DNA from: Elusimicrobiota bacterium
GTDB taxonomy: Bacteria; Elusimicrobiota; Elusimicrobia; F11
Length of the DNA stretch: 64,000 bases
NCBI GenBank assembly: GCA_044221725.1
Contig: JBGAON010000003.1
Span: 96,001 to 160,000, forward strand
Direction of reading: 5' to 3'
The notes under the pieces are model-generated. The model was not told where the DNA came from. It searched no databases and saw only the letters and a list, made by a program, of their open reading frames with translations. The position numbers were made by a program, and so were the translations under genes. Positions 9,360 to 18,747 of the stretch are shown piece after piece (the stretch's first letter is position 1; every line of letters starts with the position of its first letter).

Positions 9360-10193
9360 ATGTTTGGAAAGTTGAGAAGTAAGAAGTTGTTGATGAGCGG
9401 CGCGCTCATCGGATCGTTGTTTGGACTTGGAAGTTCGGTGGATGCAAACACGCGCCATTTCACGTACACGTATGAGAGTGCGGTGCTCGCCCCAGGCGCA
9501 CGGGAATTTGAATTATGGAACACCTATCGGACCGGACGTCATGAGTTTTACACGCAATTTGATCACCGCGCCGAGTTTGAATTTGGCCTCACTAAGAAGT
9601 TGCAAACCTCGTTGTATTTAAATTGGCAAACGATTTCTCAAATCGATCACACAACGACACCGGAAAGTATCGCGACAGCATCCGAATTCAAGGGTATTTC
9701 TTCAGAATGGAAATATCAGATGACCGACCCGGTGGCGGATAAAATCGGATCCGCCCTCTACGGCGAGGTGTCGCTGGGCACCGATGAGATGGAACTTGAG
9801 TCGAAACTCATTCTCGATAAACGGCTTGGAAGAAACTTGTTTGCTTACAACTTGGTGTTGGCCGGAGCATGGGAGCGCGAGCCCGTCGAGTGGGAATACG
9901 AGGAGACCGAACTTGAAAACAATCTCGGTTGGACGCATTTCTTCAAAGAAAATTTCGGTGCGGGCCTTGAGCTCCGCAACCACACCGAATTCACGAGCGA
10001 AAACCATCCGGAACATTCTTCTTTGTTCTTGGGGCCCGTTGTTTCGTATTCTGCGGACAGCTGGTGGTTGGCGTTCACATCGATGTGGCAACTGCCGGCA
10101 ATCAAGCGATCGGTGAGCGATCCGAATTCGGCTCTCGTTTTGGACGAGCACGAACGGTTCAACGCCCGGTTGCTATTGGGGTTCCATTTCTAA
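9360..10193 (+). CDS. Putative outer-membrane beta-barrel (DUF6662-like)
   Basis: SD AAGGAG; signal peptide; FTYTYE..VL.PG..EFELW and EFEFGLT motifs; ends in GFHF. Confidence 0.7.
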   Translation: MFGKLRSKKLLMSGALIGSLFGLGSSVDANTRHFTYTYESAVLAPGAREFELWNTYRTGRHEFYTQFDHRAEFEFGLTKKLQTSLYLNWQTISQIDHTTTPESIATASEFKGISSEWKYQMTDPVADKIGSALYGEVSLGTDEMELESKLILDKRLGRNLFAYNLVLAGAWEREPVEWEYEETELENNLGWTHFFKENFGAGLELRNHTEFTSENHPEHSSLFLGPVVSYSADSWWLAFTSMWQLPAIKRSVSDPNSALVLDEHERFNARLLLGFHF

Positions 10194-10194
10194 T

Positions 10195-10536
10195 TTGAAA
10201 ATTCGTAGTTTCACTATCTCGTTTGTTGTTATTGGTTTGATTGCCGGGTGTGCCACGATGCTTCCGCACGTCACACCCGGCCAAGCAAGCCAGTTGGCCG
10301 GCAAATGGCCGGATATGACGGTCGAAAAATACGAGGAAGCCAGGACTCTTTACACAAACCGCTGTTCCGGCTGTCACAATTTGATCCTTCCAAAGAAATT
10401 AACATTAGCGAAATGGCAGCCCATGCTCGACAAAATGGCGCCGAAGGCACGAATAAACGCCGAACAGAAAGAACTTTTGTGGCGTTACATAGCGGCCGCA
10501 AAAGAAGTGGTTCCCGAAGCCACAAAGCAGAATTAA
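10195..10536 (+). CDS. Monohaem cytochrome c lipoprotein
   Basis: TTG start; lipobox IAGC; CSGCH haem motif; likely distal Met in KMAPKA. Confidence 0.8.
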   Translation: MKIRSFTISFVVIGLIAGCATMLPHVTPGQASQLAGKWPDMTVEKYEEARTLYTNRCSGCHNLILPKKLTLAKWQPMLDKMAPKARINAEQKELLWRYIAAAKEVVPEATKQN

Positions 10537-10551
10537 GATTTGCAGGTTAAG

Positions 10552-10929
10552 ATGAAGACTCTATTCCAAATTTTCCTCCTGACGGCCATCATTGTTGGGT
10601 CAAGCCCAGTTTCAATGATTGTGGGTCCAGCAAATCAGGAATGTTCGATGTGCGGGCACGCTTGTTGTTGTCCGGAGATTTGCGCGTTGAAGCGTGCCGC
10701 GCTTCGCGCTCGCTGCAAACGGGATTTGTGCAGGATCGGAGCCTCTCATTCATTCGGAATGGGCGCGACCGACCAACCGTCAACGCGTGTGGACTCCCCG
10801 CTCGCCGTTTTGAACGCTGCGGCGTTAAAACCATCCATGGAATTTGCGCGCGCAACTTATCAATCGAATTCCTTCGGTTCACTTACTCCCGAAAATATTC
10901 TCACTCCTCCGCCAAGAGTTCTTCTTTAA
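10552..10929 (+). CDS. Cys-rich small exported protein with C-terminal TPPPR; candidate CutF/CruR-like leader
   Basis: Hydrophobic N-terminus; CSMCGHACCCPEIC plus two more Cys; ends ILTPPPRVLL; lies directly upstream of a His/Cys-rich barrel gene. Confidence 0.65.
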   Translation: MKTLFQIFLLTAIIVGSSPVSMIVGPANQECSMCGHACCCPEICALKRAALRARCKRDLCRIGASHSFGMGATDQPSTRVDSPLAVLNAAALKPSMEFARATYQSNSFGSLTPENILTPPPRVLL

Positions 10930-11013
10930 CTCCAATCTATCGTTAACGTCATTTAAATTCGTTCGATCGTCTTTGGATCAAACGATTGGTTTATTTTTTT
11001 TTCTGGAGGATTT

Positions 11014-11994
11014 ATGAAAAGGTTCATTTCTGTTTTAGCCGTATTTTTATCGATCACCGCGCCGCTATTCGCGAGCTGTGGATCGGCGTCATGCCCAATT
11101 GATATTTATTCGATGGATCGCACCGAGAAGGGATTCGTGCGGGTCGACTATTCCTATGAGTATATCGACCAGAATCAACCGCGCATCGGACGGCAAGCGG
11201 CCGCGGTCGGTGAAATTCGCGGTCACCATGACGAAGTTTACACGCTGAACCAAACGCAACGACTTGGAATTGATGTGGGGCTTGCGTCGCGTTGGAATTT
11301 GCAGTTGGTGCTGCCGTTTGTTCACCGGGAGCACGATCACATTCATCATCACATGGGAGCGAATGTGAACGAGAGTTGGAATTTTAATGGCATGGGCGAC
11401 CTGACTCTGTTGAATCGCATCGGCTTGAACACGCCAGCGAGTCCGGCATCGCCGTATCTTGCGGCGATCATCGGCGGCGTGTTGCCAACGGGGCGTGAGC
11501 AAGCCCAAAATGCCGATGGCGATGACGCCGAGATCGGGATTCTGCCAGGCAAAGGTGCGTATTCTCTTATTTTGGGCGTGTCCGAGTCTCAGTCTTTCAA
11601 AGCCAAGACGTTAAACGGGCTGTACGCGCGCGTGCCGATTTTTGTGAGCTCGACATACCAGTGGAACGGCAAAGGCACCGATGATTATCGTGTCGGAGAT
11701 ATTTGGCTCGCAAACATCGGCGTCACGTATCCGTTGCTGCCCAGGCTCGGTTTTATAAACCAGTTGAACTTTCGTGTAAATCTGCGGGATGACAAAGGGA
11801 ACACGCGGGAAGAAGTCGAAAAGACTGGCGGCAGCTATTTGTATTTCAGCCCAGGAATTCAATTGACGTTTGCCGAAAACCTCTGGTCTTATATGATTGT
11901 GCAGCTGCCGTTGTACCAACGCGTGAACGGAATTCAGCTGACGTCCGATTCAAATTTCTTGCTGGGCATGTCGTACAAATTCAGCGCATTGTAA
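11014..11994 (+). CDS. His/Cys-rich outer-membrane transporter-like beta-barrel (putative metal channel)
   Basis: SD GGAGGA; signal peptide then SCGSASCP; GHHDE; HREHDHIHHH; GMGDL and LPTG motifs typical of SphA/phenol-MetA-like channels. Confidence 0.75.
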   Translation: MKRFISVLAVFLSITAPLFASCGSASCPIDIYSMDRTEKGFVRVDYSYEYIDQNQPRIGRQAAAVGEIRGHHDEVYTLNQTQRLGIDVGLASRWNLQLVLPFVHREHDHIHHHMGANVNESWNFNGMGDLTLLNRIGLNTPASPASPYLAAIIGGVLPTGREQAQNADGDDAEIGILPGKGAYSLILGVSESQSFKAKTLNGLYARVPIFVSSTYQWNGKGTDDYRVGDIWLANIGVTYPLLPRLGFINQLNFRVNLRDDKGNTREEVEKTGGSYLYFSPGIQLTFAENLWSYMIVQLPLYQRVNGIQLTSDSNFLLGMSYKFSAL

Positions 11995-12008
11995 TTAAGG
12001 AGACAGAC

Positions 12009-12485
12009 ATGAAGACGAACATTGGAATTGGCGAAAAAGAGCGGATGGAAGTTGTGAAGATTCTGAACCGGAATTTGAGTGACTTGTATGTTCTTCTGAC
12101 GAAGACTCGCAACTACCACTGGAATGTGGTGGGGCCTCGCTTCAATGACTTGCACAAGTTTTTCGATGAACAGTATGAACAATTAAACGAAGCCATTGAT
12201 GAGGTGGCGGAGCGTGTAAGAAGCCTTGGCGGAAAAACGGTCGCGACACTTAAAGAATTCTCGCGGCTGACACGGTTAGAGGAACAGCCGGGCAAATATC
12301 CGCCGGCGGATCGTATGCTGGCACGCTTACTGGAGGATCACGAGCAGGTTATCCGAACTTTGCGCCAAGATGTGGATGACACCAACGAAAAATATCATGA
12401 TGTCGGCACGAGTGATTTTTTAACCGGGCTAATGGAGTCTCATGAGAAAATGGCATGGATGCTAAGGTCCTTTCTCGAAAAATAA
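12009..12485 (+). CDS. dps: DNA starvation/stationary-phase protection protein (ferritin-like)
   Basis: NYHWNVVGPRFNDLHKFF, DEVAERVRSLG and HEKMAWML motifs. Confidence 0.97.
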   Translation: MKTNIGIGEKERMEVVKILNRNLSDLYVLLTKTRNYHWNVVGPRFNDLHKFFDEQYEQLNEAIDEVAERVRSLGGKTVATLKEFSRLTRLEEQPGKYPPADRMLARLLEDHEQVIRTLRQDVDDTNEKYHDVGTSDFLTGLMESHEKMAWMLRSFLEK

Positions 12486-12742
12486 AAACGCTTCGCTTAG
12501 TATTAGCGCTGCTTGCTTGTGCGTCCATTGTCACCCATCTGGGGCATGCGGACGCCAAGCACGCGCGTCTTACCGATAACGACTGCACAATTTGTCACGC
12601 ACTTACCTCGTCGGATATCTCGCACGATGTTGGTTTGGGTCCGCGGATGGTTTCCTGGGAAACGGCATTTTTTGATGTTCCATTCGTTTCTTTTTCCGCG
12701 TCTTTATCGCTAACCTTTCCTCGCGCGCCTCCCACCGTTTAA
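12455..12742 (+). CDS. DUF2946/CruR-like leader protein with CxxC and C-terminal RAPP
   Basis: Hydrophobic segment, HxxHxxxxH, DCTICH, ends PRAPPTV; the start overlaps the dps 3' end and is uncertain. Confidence 0.75.
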   Translation: MDAKVLSRKIKTLRLVLALLACASIVTHLGHADAKHARLTDNDCTICHALTSSDISHDVGLGPRMVSWETAFFDVPFVSFSASLSLTFPRAPPTV

Positions 12743-12799
12743 CGATCAAAAGCTGTGACTCGAGCTCCCGCTCGGGTATTCGATCTTTAGGAGGCCGTT

Positions 12800-13978
12800 A
12801 TGCGTCTCAATATCTCAAAATTTTTTGCCGTGTTTATTTTTGCAGCAGGCTCTTTCTCGGTTGGTTCCGCGGACGTTACTATGGAAGAGGTGCGTGCAGA
12901 AATTCAAAAGCAGATTGAAGCTGTATCAAGACCCGCCAGTAATCCGAGTGTGTTCAATCCCGCGATGGGACTGACCCTCGATGCGGTGGCCTCAAACACC
13001 ACGTTGAACCAAGGAAATTTTGACTTTCGGTCGGCCGAATTGAATGTTCAAGCGGCGATCGATCCGTTTGCAAAATTGTTTGCCGTGTTTAATGGAACTC
13101 CCGATGGATTTGAAGTAGAGGAAGCGTTTTTCATGACCACTTCCTTGCCCGCGGTGACCGTTCGCGGCGGCCGGATGTTTGCGAATGTTGGCAGGCTGCC
13201 CCATTGGCATGATCACGAATTACCGTTTGTGAACCGACCCGCGTCCGTTGATCGTTTCGTGGGTGGCGAGTCGCGGGCAGACGGCGTTGAAGTGATGCAC
13301 TTGTTTCGAACGCCATTTTTTCTGCAAGGAACCCTGGGCGCTTACAACAAAATCGGGTCGGACAACGATCGTCTTGAGTCAAACACCGGCAACGATCATC
13401 GCTCCGGTCGGCCGTGGGATGCGTTTACCTATCTTGGTCGCCTGTTTTCGTACGTGCCGTTTGGGGACAATTTTGGTGTGGATGTTGGCATCAGCGAAGC
13501 GTGGACACCGAGACAATATTTTATCAACGGAAACGAAGTGAGTCTTGGAAATGCATCCCGGTCTTTAACGGCCGCTGATTTCACGTTTCGATTCGAACCA
13601 CTGGAGAACAATGTTTTCCGGAAACTGTTGTGGGGAACGGAAATTTTCCGCAACAGTGAATTGCGCGAAAAGAACGACGCGACCGCCGGACTTATATATC
13701 CCCGGCAAACATCAGCGGGGGGGTATTCGTACATCGATTGGCGATTCGCTCGTCTGTGGAGTGCGGGACCCTTCTATGATCACGCCGAAGATATTGATGA
13801 TCCTCACATTCAAACCGATAGCGGCGGCGCGATGTTGAATTTTCTTCCGTCGGAGTTTCAGCGAATTCGTTTGCAAATCAGTCGCGTAAAGACCGAAGGG
13901 ATGCGCGAAGATAATCAAGTTTATGTGCAGTACTTCGCGACAATTGGTTCGCACGTGCACGTGTTTAAAGACCGTTAA
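12800..13978 (+). CDS. Zinc-uptake-associated outer-membrane beta-barrel
   Basis: SD AGGAGG; signal peptide; FNPAMG, AIDPF, VEEAF and HWHDH motifs; C-terminal GSHVHVF; first gene of a Znu-type operon. Confidence 0.75.
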   Translation: MRLNISKFFAVFIFAAGSFSVGSADVTMEEVRAEIQKQIEAVSRPASNPSVFNPAMGLTLDAVASNTTLNQGNFDFRSAELNVQAAIDPFAKLFAVFNGTPDGFEVEEAFFMTTSLPAVTVRGGRMFANVGRLPHWHDHELPFVNRPASVDRFVGGESRADGVEVMHLFRTPFFLQGTLGAYNKIGSDNDRLESNTGNDHRSGRPWDAFTYLGRLFSYVPFGDNFGVDVGISEAWTPRQYFINGNEVSLGNASRSLTAADFTFRFEPLENNVFRKLLWGTEIFRNSELREKNDATAGLIYPRQTSAGGYSYIDWRFARLWSAGPFYDHAEDIDDPHIQTDSGGAMLNFLPSEFQRIRLQISRVKTEGMREDNQVYVQYFATIGSHVHVFKDR

Positions 13979-13997
13979 CCTTTTTAGGAGAAAAAAT

Positions 13998-14909
13998 ATG
14001 AAACGAATAATTTGTTTTTTTATCGCGATCATTTCATTAACAGTATTGCCGAATCTATCGTGGGCCAAACTCCGGATTGTTGCGACGACACCGGATTTGG
14101 CCGATATCGCCAAGCAGATTGGAGGGGAGCAGGTGGATGTGGAAAGTTTGGCGAAAGGTACCGAAGACATTCACACGGTGCCGCAGCGGCCAAGCTTTGT
14201 TCCAAAACTCAACCGCGCCGATGCTGTTGTGTTGCTGGGTTTCGATGCCGAGCACGCGTTTTTGCCGGCGCTTCTTGATGTGGCTCAAAACCCGGCCCTT
14301 ATGCCCGGCAAGAACGGCTACATCGACTGCAGTGTTGGTATCAAGCCATTGGACGTGCCCGCCATCATTTCGCGTGCCGAAGGCGAACAACATCCGCTCG
14401 GCAATCCGCATTACAATATCGATCCACGGAATGGAGCTGTCATCGCAAAAACAATTTCGTCGGCATTGGCGCGATTGGATCCGTCGCACGGAGACGTTTT
14501 TGTAAAAAATGAAAATGCGTTTGAGTCGAAGCTCAAGGGCCGTTTGGAGGAATGGAACAATGAGCGGAAAACCCTCATCGGAACAAAAGCCGTCTCGTAC
14601 CACCCGTCGATGGCGTATCTGGCCGATTACCTGGGGATCAAAATGGTTGGTACGCTTGAGCCCAAGCCTGGTATCGCCCCCACGCCCAAGCATCTCGAAG
14701 AGCTTGTGCAGAGAATGAAATTGGAAAATGCCACGTTGATCTTGCGAGAAGTGCAATACAGCGATCAGACGGCCAGTTGGCTGGCGGCGCAAACAGGCGC
14801 AAAAGTCGCTACAGTGGCAACAATGGGCGGCGCTTTTCCGGATTCAGGGTCCTATATCGGAATGATCGCTCACAATATTCGCGCGATCGTCGCCACGCAA
14901 TCGAAATGA
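13998..14909 (+). CDS. Zn/Mn-type ABC transporter substrate-binding protein (ZnuA/TroA family)
   Basis: SD AGGAG; EDIH, HPLGNPHY, VSYH and EPKPGIAPTPKHL motifs. Confidence 0.9.
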   Translation: MKRIICFFIAIISLTVLPNLSWAKLRIVATTPDLADIAKQIGGEQVDVESLAKGTEDIHTVPQRPSFVPKLNRADAVVLLGFDAEHAFLPALLDVAQNPALMPGKNGYIDCSVGIKPLDVPAIISRAEGEQHPLGNPHYNIDPRNGAVIAKTISSALARLDPSHGDVFVKNENAFESKLKGRLEEWNNERKTLIGTKAVSYHPSMAYLADYLGIKMVGTLEPKPGIAPTPKHLEELVQRMKLENATLILREVQYSDQTASWLAAQTGAKVATVATMGGAFPDSGSYIGMIAHNIRAIVATQSK

Positions 14910-15616
14910 ACAGCGAAAAGGAATACCCGTTGATTCGCGTCGAGCAAGCGTCGTTTGGCTACAACGGATCCGCTATTGTTGAAAACGTAACGCTGGATAT
15001 TAACGCAGCGGATTTTATTGGGCTTGTTGGTCCGAATGGGGCCGGAAAGAGCACGTTGTTCAAGGGCCTGCTGGGTTTGATCAAGCCTCTGCGAGGGAAT
15101 GTTTGGCACGCGCCGAGGATCAAGCGGCGCATCGGTTATGTGCCACAGCGCGATCAGTTGGACGCCGTTTATCCTCTTACGGCATTTGATGTGGCCTGCA
15201 TGGGGATTACGGGCGGGTTACCGTGGTACCGCTTTTCTTCGGAAGAGACCGACAATTTGGTGCGAGCGACGCTTAAAAGGGTGGCCATGGATGACAAATC
15301 GGAACATCTCTTTGCCGAAATGTCGGGCGGGCAGCGCCAACGGGTACTGATTGCTCGGGCGCTTGCGATTAAACCGGAAATTCTTGTTCTCGATGAGCCA
15401 ACAGCCGGGATTGACCCGGTCGCGGAGGAAAATATTCTGAATCTTCTGCACGAACTAAACCAAAATGAACGGTTGACGATTCTTATGGTTTCTCATCACA
15501 TCCATTCGTTGCGACAACATGCGAACCGCGCGGTGCTCATCAAAAATTCGGCGGTGATTAGTGGCAACGCCGAACAACTGTTGCATCCGCAGAAAATTGT
15601 TGAGCTTTTGAGTTGA
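14906..15616 (+). CDS. Metal ABC transporter ATP-binding protein (ZnuC-like)
   Basis: GPNGAGKST, IGYVPQ, MSGGQRQR and LDEPTAG motifs; ATGA overlap. Confidence 0.9.
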   Translation: MNSEKEYPLIRVEQASFGYNGSAIVENVTLDINAADFIGLVGPNGAGKSTLFKGLLGLIKPLRGNVWHAPRIKRRIGYVPQRDQLDAVYPLTAFDVACMGITGGLPWYRFSSEETDNLVRATLKRVAMDDKSEHLFAEMSGGQRQRVLIARALAIKPEILVLDEPTAGIDPVAEENILNLLHELNQNERLTILMVSHHIHSLRQHANRAVLIKNSAVISGNAEQLLHPQKIVELLS

Positions 15617-15618
15617 TC

Positions 15619-16491
15619 ATGAAAGATATTATTTTGATTTTTCAACCAAGTTTCCTGCTGCACAACGCATTATGGGGGTGTATCGCGGTCGGGTTTTTCT
15701 GCCCGGTGATCGGGGTTTATTTTATGCTGCGACGAATGGTCTTGCTCGGCGTCGCGTTGCCGCAAATTTCCGCCAGCGGTATTTCGCTCGCATTTTTTTT
15801 ACAGGGTCTCGGGGTTGCGTGGACATTCCACGCGGGAGAACCAAACGACCGATTGCTGGCGCTGATGGGTTCGAGCGTGTTGACCGTGCTCGCTATTCTG
15901 GCGCTCGCATCGCTCGAGCGTCGCGGAGAGGGAACAACCGACAGCCGCATCGGTGCGACGTATGCGTTTGCTTATGCGGCCGCGATATTGTTTGTGTCTT
16001 CCAATGCCTCCGGCAAATCCGAGATGTTGAGCATGTTGCAGGGGGAGGTGGTGTCGGTCAACCATGAGGATTTGCAGATTCTCATTGTTGTTTATGCGGT
16101 GCTGGCCGCTTTGCTGCTTTTCTTTAATCGGCAATTCGTTCTCGTTTCGTATGACCGTCAGTCGGCCAAAGTGATGGGCAAGAACGTGATGTTTTGGGAC
16201 GTCTTTCTTTATCTCATTATTGGTTTTGCAATTTCGATCGGCGTGCTGATCGTGGGGCCGATGCTCACGTTTGCGTTCCTCGTGGTACCACCGCTTGCGG
16301 CACGTCGGTTCTGTCGCTCGATGCGATCTTTTTTTGTGATTTCATCTTTGCTGGGAGGAATTTCGGCCGCGATCGGATTTTATTTGTCGTACCATCTCGA
16401 CTGGCCGTTGAGCCCGACAGCGATCGCCGTCACGGCCATCGCCTTGGTTTCGGCATTTTTATTTAAGCGAATTCATAATATTATTGCCTAA
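15619..16491 (+). CDS. Metal ABC transporter permease (ZnuB-like)
   Basis: GVYFMLRRM, SYDR..A...G and VG..L..AFLVVP motifs; many TM segments. Confidence 0.9.
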   Translation: MKDIILIFQPSFLLHNALWGCIAVGFFCPVIGVYFMLRRMVLLGVALPQISASGISLAFFLQGLGVAWTFHAGEPNDRLLALMGSSVLTVLAILALASLERRGEGTTDSRIGATYAFAYAAAILFVSSNASGKSEMLSMLQGEVVSVNHEDLQILIVVYAVLAALLLFFNRQFVLVSYDRQSAKVMGKNVMFWDVFLYLIIGFAISIGVLIVGPMLTFAFLVVPPLAARRFCRSMRSFFVISSLLGGISAAIGFYLSYHLDWPLSPTAIAVTAIALVSAFLFKRIHNIIA

Positions 16492-16493
16492 CA

Positions 16494-17207
16494 ATGACCC
16501 CGTCGCTTACGATGAAACGTTTTGCGGTTGCAACACTGTTTGTGGTCTTGCCGATTTGCGTGCGCGCCCACGAAATCCCGATTTTTCCCGTGGACGTTGA
16601 GATGAAGATCGAATCGCACGAAATTCATGTGACGATCGAATCCAAAGCGGGGATCTGGTTGGATGAGATCCTTTCGGTCCCTTACACAAAGCCGTTGCCC
16701 GCCACCCATTGGGACCCTGTCTACGAACAGAAAGCGCGAGAGGAAGTGAAAAAATCTTTGCACATTGGAATGGATGGTCGCGAACTGGATTTCACCAAGT
16801 TTGAGTGCCGGTTTGTCCAAGAACCCTTGAACGAACAGTCGGCCAAAGTTGTGTTCGACGTGCATTATCCGATTGTCGCTGTTGGAAAAGAGATAGCGGG
16901 GATTTCTCAGTTCTTCGTGCCTCATTGGATTGAGCAACAAAAGTCAAAAGATCCCGATCGCAAAGCGGATGTATTTGAAACGCGGCTCCGCGTCATCGGC
17001 AGCAAAACGTTGCAGCTCTCTTTGCCCATCAATAAGCCGGCGTTTCGTTTCTCTACAAACGGCCTTTTATTTACGGAACAACAAAAACGTTTTGAAAAAA
17101 TCCGAGCGATCGGTGTGCGTTTGATGAGCAGCGCATTTTTTTGGATTGCGCTTATTGCGATCGTCGCGCACATCGTCAAACGGGCAAAACGGAGGAGAGA
17201 AGAGTGA
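16494..17207 (+). CDS. Exported hypothetical protein with mature N-terminal His and C-terminal TM anchor
   Basis: Signal peptide ending VRA-HE; C-terminal TM plus basic tail; inside the operon. Confidence 0.65.
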   Translation: MTPSLTMKRFAVATLFVVLPICVRAHEIPIFPVDVEMKIESHEIHVTIESKAGIWLDEILSVPYTKPLPATHWDPVYEQKAREEVKKSLHIGMDGRELDFTKFECRFVQEPLNEQSAKVVFDVHYPIVAVGKEIAGISQFFVPHWIEQQKSKDPDRKADVFETRLRVIGSKTLQLSLPINKPAFRFSTNGLLFTEQQKRFEKIRAIGVRLMSSAFFWIALIAIVAHIVKRAKRRREE

Positions 17208-17980
17208 GCGTTATTTCGTTCCACAATCTAACGAAAATCTACGAACGATCCCATCTGGGTCGCGTGAAAAAATCATTGGGACTCTCCGGACTAACGCTGG
17301 AGATTCAGAAAGGAGAGGTTTTCGGATTGCTCGGCTTAAATGGGTCCGGCAAGACAACCACGATCAAGCTTTTGTTGGGCCTTTTGTCGCCGACGAAAGG
17401 CAAGGTGGAAGTGATGGGCCGGCGCATGCCGAACCTCGAGTCGCTCAAGCACATCGGCTATTTGCCCGAAGCGGCCTACGTGAACAAGTATTTAACAGGC
17501 CGCGAGGCGGTGCGGATTTTTGCAAAGCTTTCGAAGATGCCCGTTAACGGGCGCGAAAAGGCGGTGAACGAAATCCTCGATAAAGTGGGCCTTTTGAACA
17601 GCGCGGACCGCCGCATTTCGGATTATTCAAAAGGAATGATGCAGCGCGTAAGTATGGCGCAGGCTCTCATACACGACCCCGATATTCTCATTATGGACGA
17701 GCCCGTCACCGGTCTCGATCCGCTCGCGATTCAGGAGTTGCGCCAATTGATTCTTTGGCTCAAGTCGCGCGGGAAAACCGTTTTTCTTTCGTCGCATAAC
17801 ATTTCAGAAGTGGAGCGTGTTTGTGATCGAATCGGTATTTTGGCGGCCGGCAAACTCGAACTCTTGATGGCGGCGTCCGAATGGCGCGGCCAAGAAGGAA
17901 AATTGGAACATGTGTTTGCTTCGTCAGTGAAGCGATCCGAAAGTATTGGGGCACTCAAATTTATCGAGGGGGCGAACTAA
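17204..17980 (+). CDS. ABC transporter ATP-binding protein (PilH-like exporter type)
   Basis: GTGA overlap; GLNGSGKTT, IGYLPE, YSKGMMQR and DEPVTGLDP motifs. Confidence 0.88.
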   Translation: MSVISFHNLTKIYERSHLGRVKKSLGLSGLTLEIQKGEVFGLLGLNGSGKTTTIKLLLGLLSPTKGKVEVMGRRMPNLESLKHIGYLPEAAYVNKYLTGREAVRIFAKLSKMPVNGREKAVNEILDKVGLLNSADRRISDYSKGMMQRVSMAQALIHDPDILIMDEPVTGLDPLAIQELRQLILWLKSRGKTVFLSSHNISEVERVCDRIGILAAGKLELLMAASEWRGQEGKLEHVFASSVKRSESIGALKFIEGAN

Positions 17981-18747
17981 TGGAAACGTTGTTGGCGGTC
18001 GCCAATTACACGCTGAAGCAACACGTGCGGAACCGCGTATTTTTGTCGGTGGTTTTGTTCGGATTGGTACTTGTGTTTGGAGGCGTCGTCATTTCCGCGT
18101 TGGCGGTGGAAGAACAGCTGCGCATGATGATCGATTTGGGCCTGTCGGGAATTGAATTTCTCGCACTGGTGACGGTGCTGTTTGTGACCGTGAATCTTGT
18201 GCTCGAAGAAATGGAATCACGAAGCATTTATCTCATTTTGAGTCATCCGATTGAGCGTTGGCAATACATCGTCGGTCGATTCCTCGGAACGGTGACAGCG
18301 CTAACCGTGGGGATTCTCGTCATGGCGCTGCTTCATCTTGGAAGTCTTTATCTGTACGGATGGCGGCTGGAAGCTTTTTATCCGATAGCGATCGTGTGCT
18401 CCATTTTTAAAATTGCGGTCGTCAGTGCGCTCGCGCTCTTGATTTCGCTGATCACCACGTCGACCGCCTCCTCGATGACGCTTACCGGATTTCTCTGGGT
18501 GCTGGGTCATTTCTCCTCTGAAATTCGGTTCATGGCCGAAAAATCCGCAAATCCCTTGGTTAAGGCATTGAGTCAGTTTTTGGAGTACGTGACGCCGAAC
18601 TTCAATTACTTCAACTACCGCGACTTTTGGAACGCAGCGGCAATTCCGCCGCCGGCGTGGTTTGGTTGGATGGCCACTTATTCGTTTTCTTATCTCGGTA
18701 TCGCGCTCTTTCTAACCAGTTGGATTTTTTCAAACAAGGAATTTTGA
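17980..18747 (+). CDS. ABC-2 type permease (PilI-like)
   Basis: Six TM segments; E..SIY.ILS.PI.RWQY..GRFLG motif. Confidence 0.85.
   Translation: METLLAVANYTLKQHVRNRVFLSVVLFGLVLVFGGVVISALAVEEQLRMMIDLGLSGIEFLALVTVLFVTVNLVLEEMESRSIYLILSHPIERWQYIVGRFLGTVTALTVGILVMALLHLGSLYLYGWRLEAFYPIAIVCSIFKIAVVSALALLISLITTSTASSMTLTGFLWVLGHFSSEIRFMAEKSANPLVKALSQFLEYVTPNFNYFNYRDFWNAAAIPPPAWFGWMATYSFSYLGIALFLTSWIFSNKEF

Noticed and set aside
12584..12598. CTICH read as a cytochrome c haem site
   Set aside because: No cytochrome fold context or distal ligand; the position before a RAPP tail fits a DUF2946-type CxxC better, although haem attachment is not excluded.
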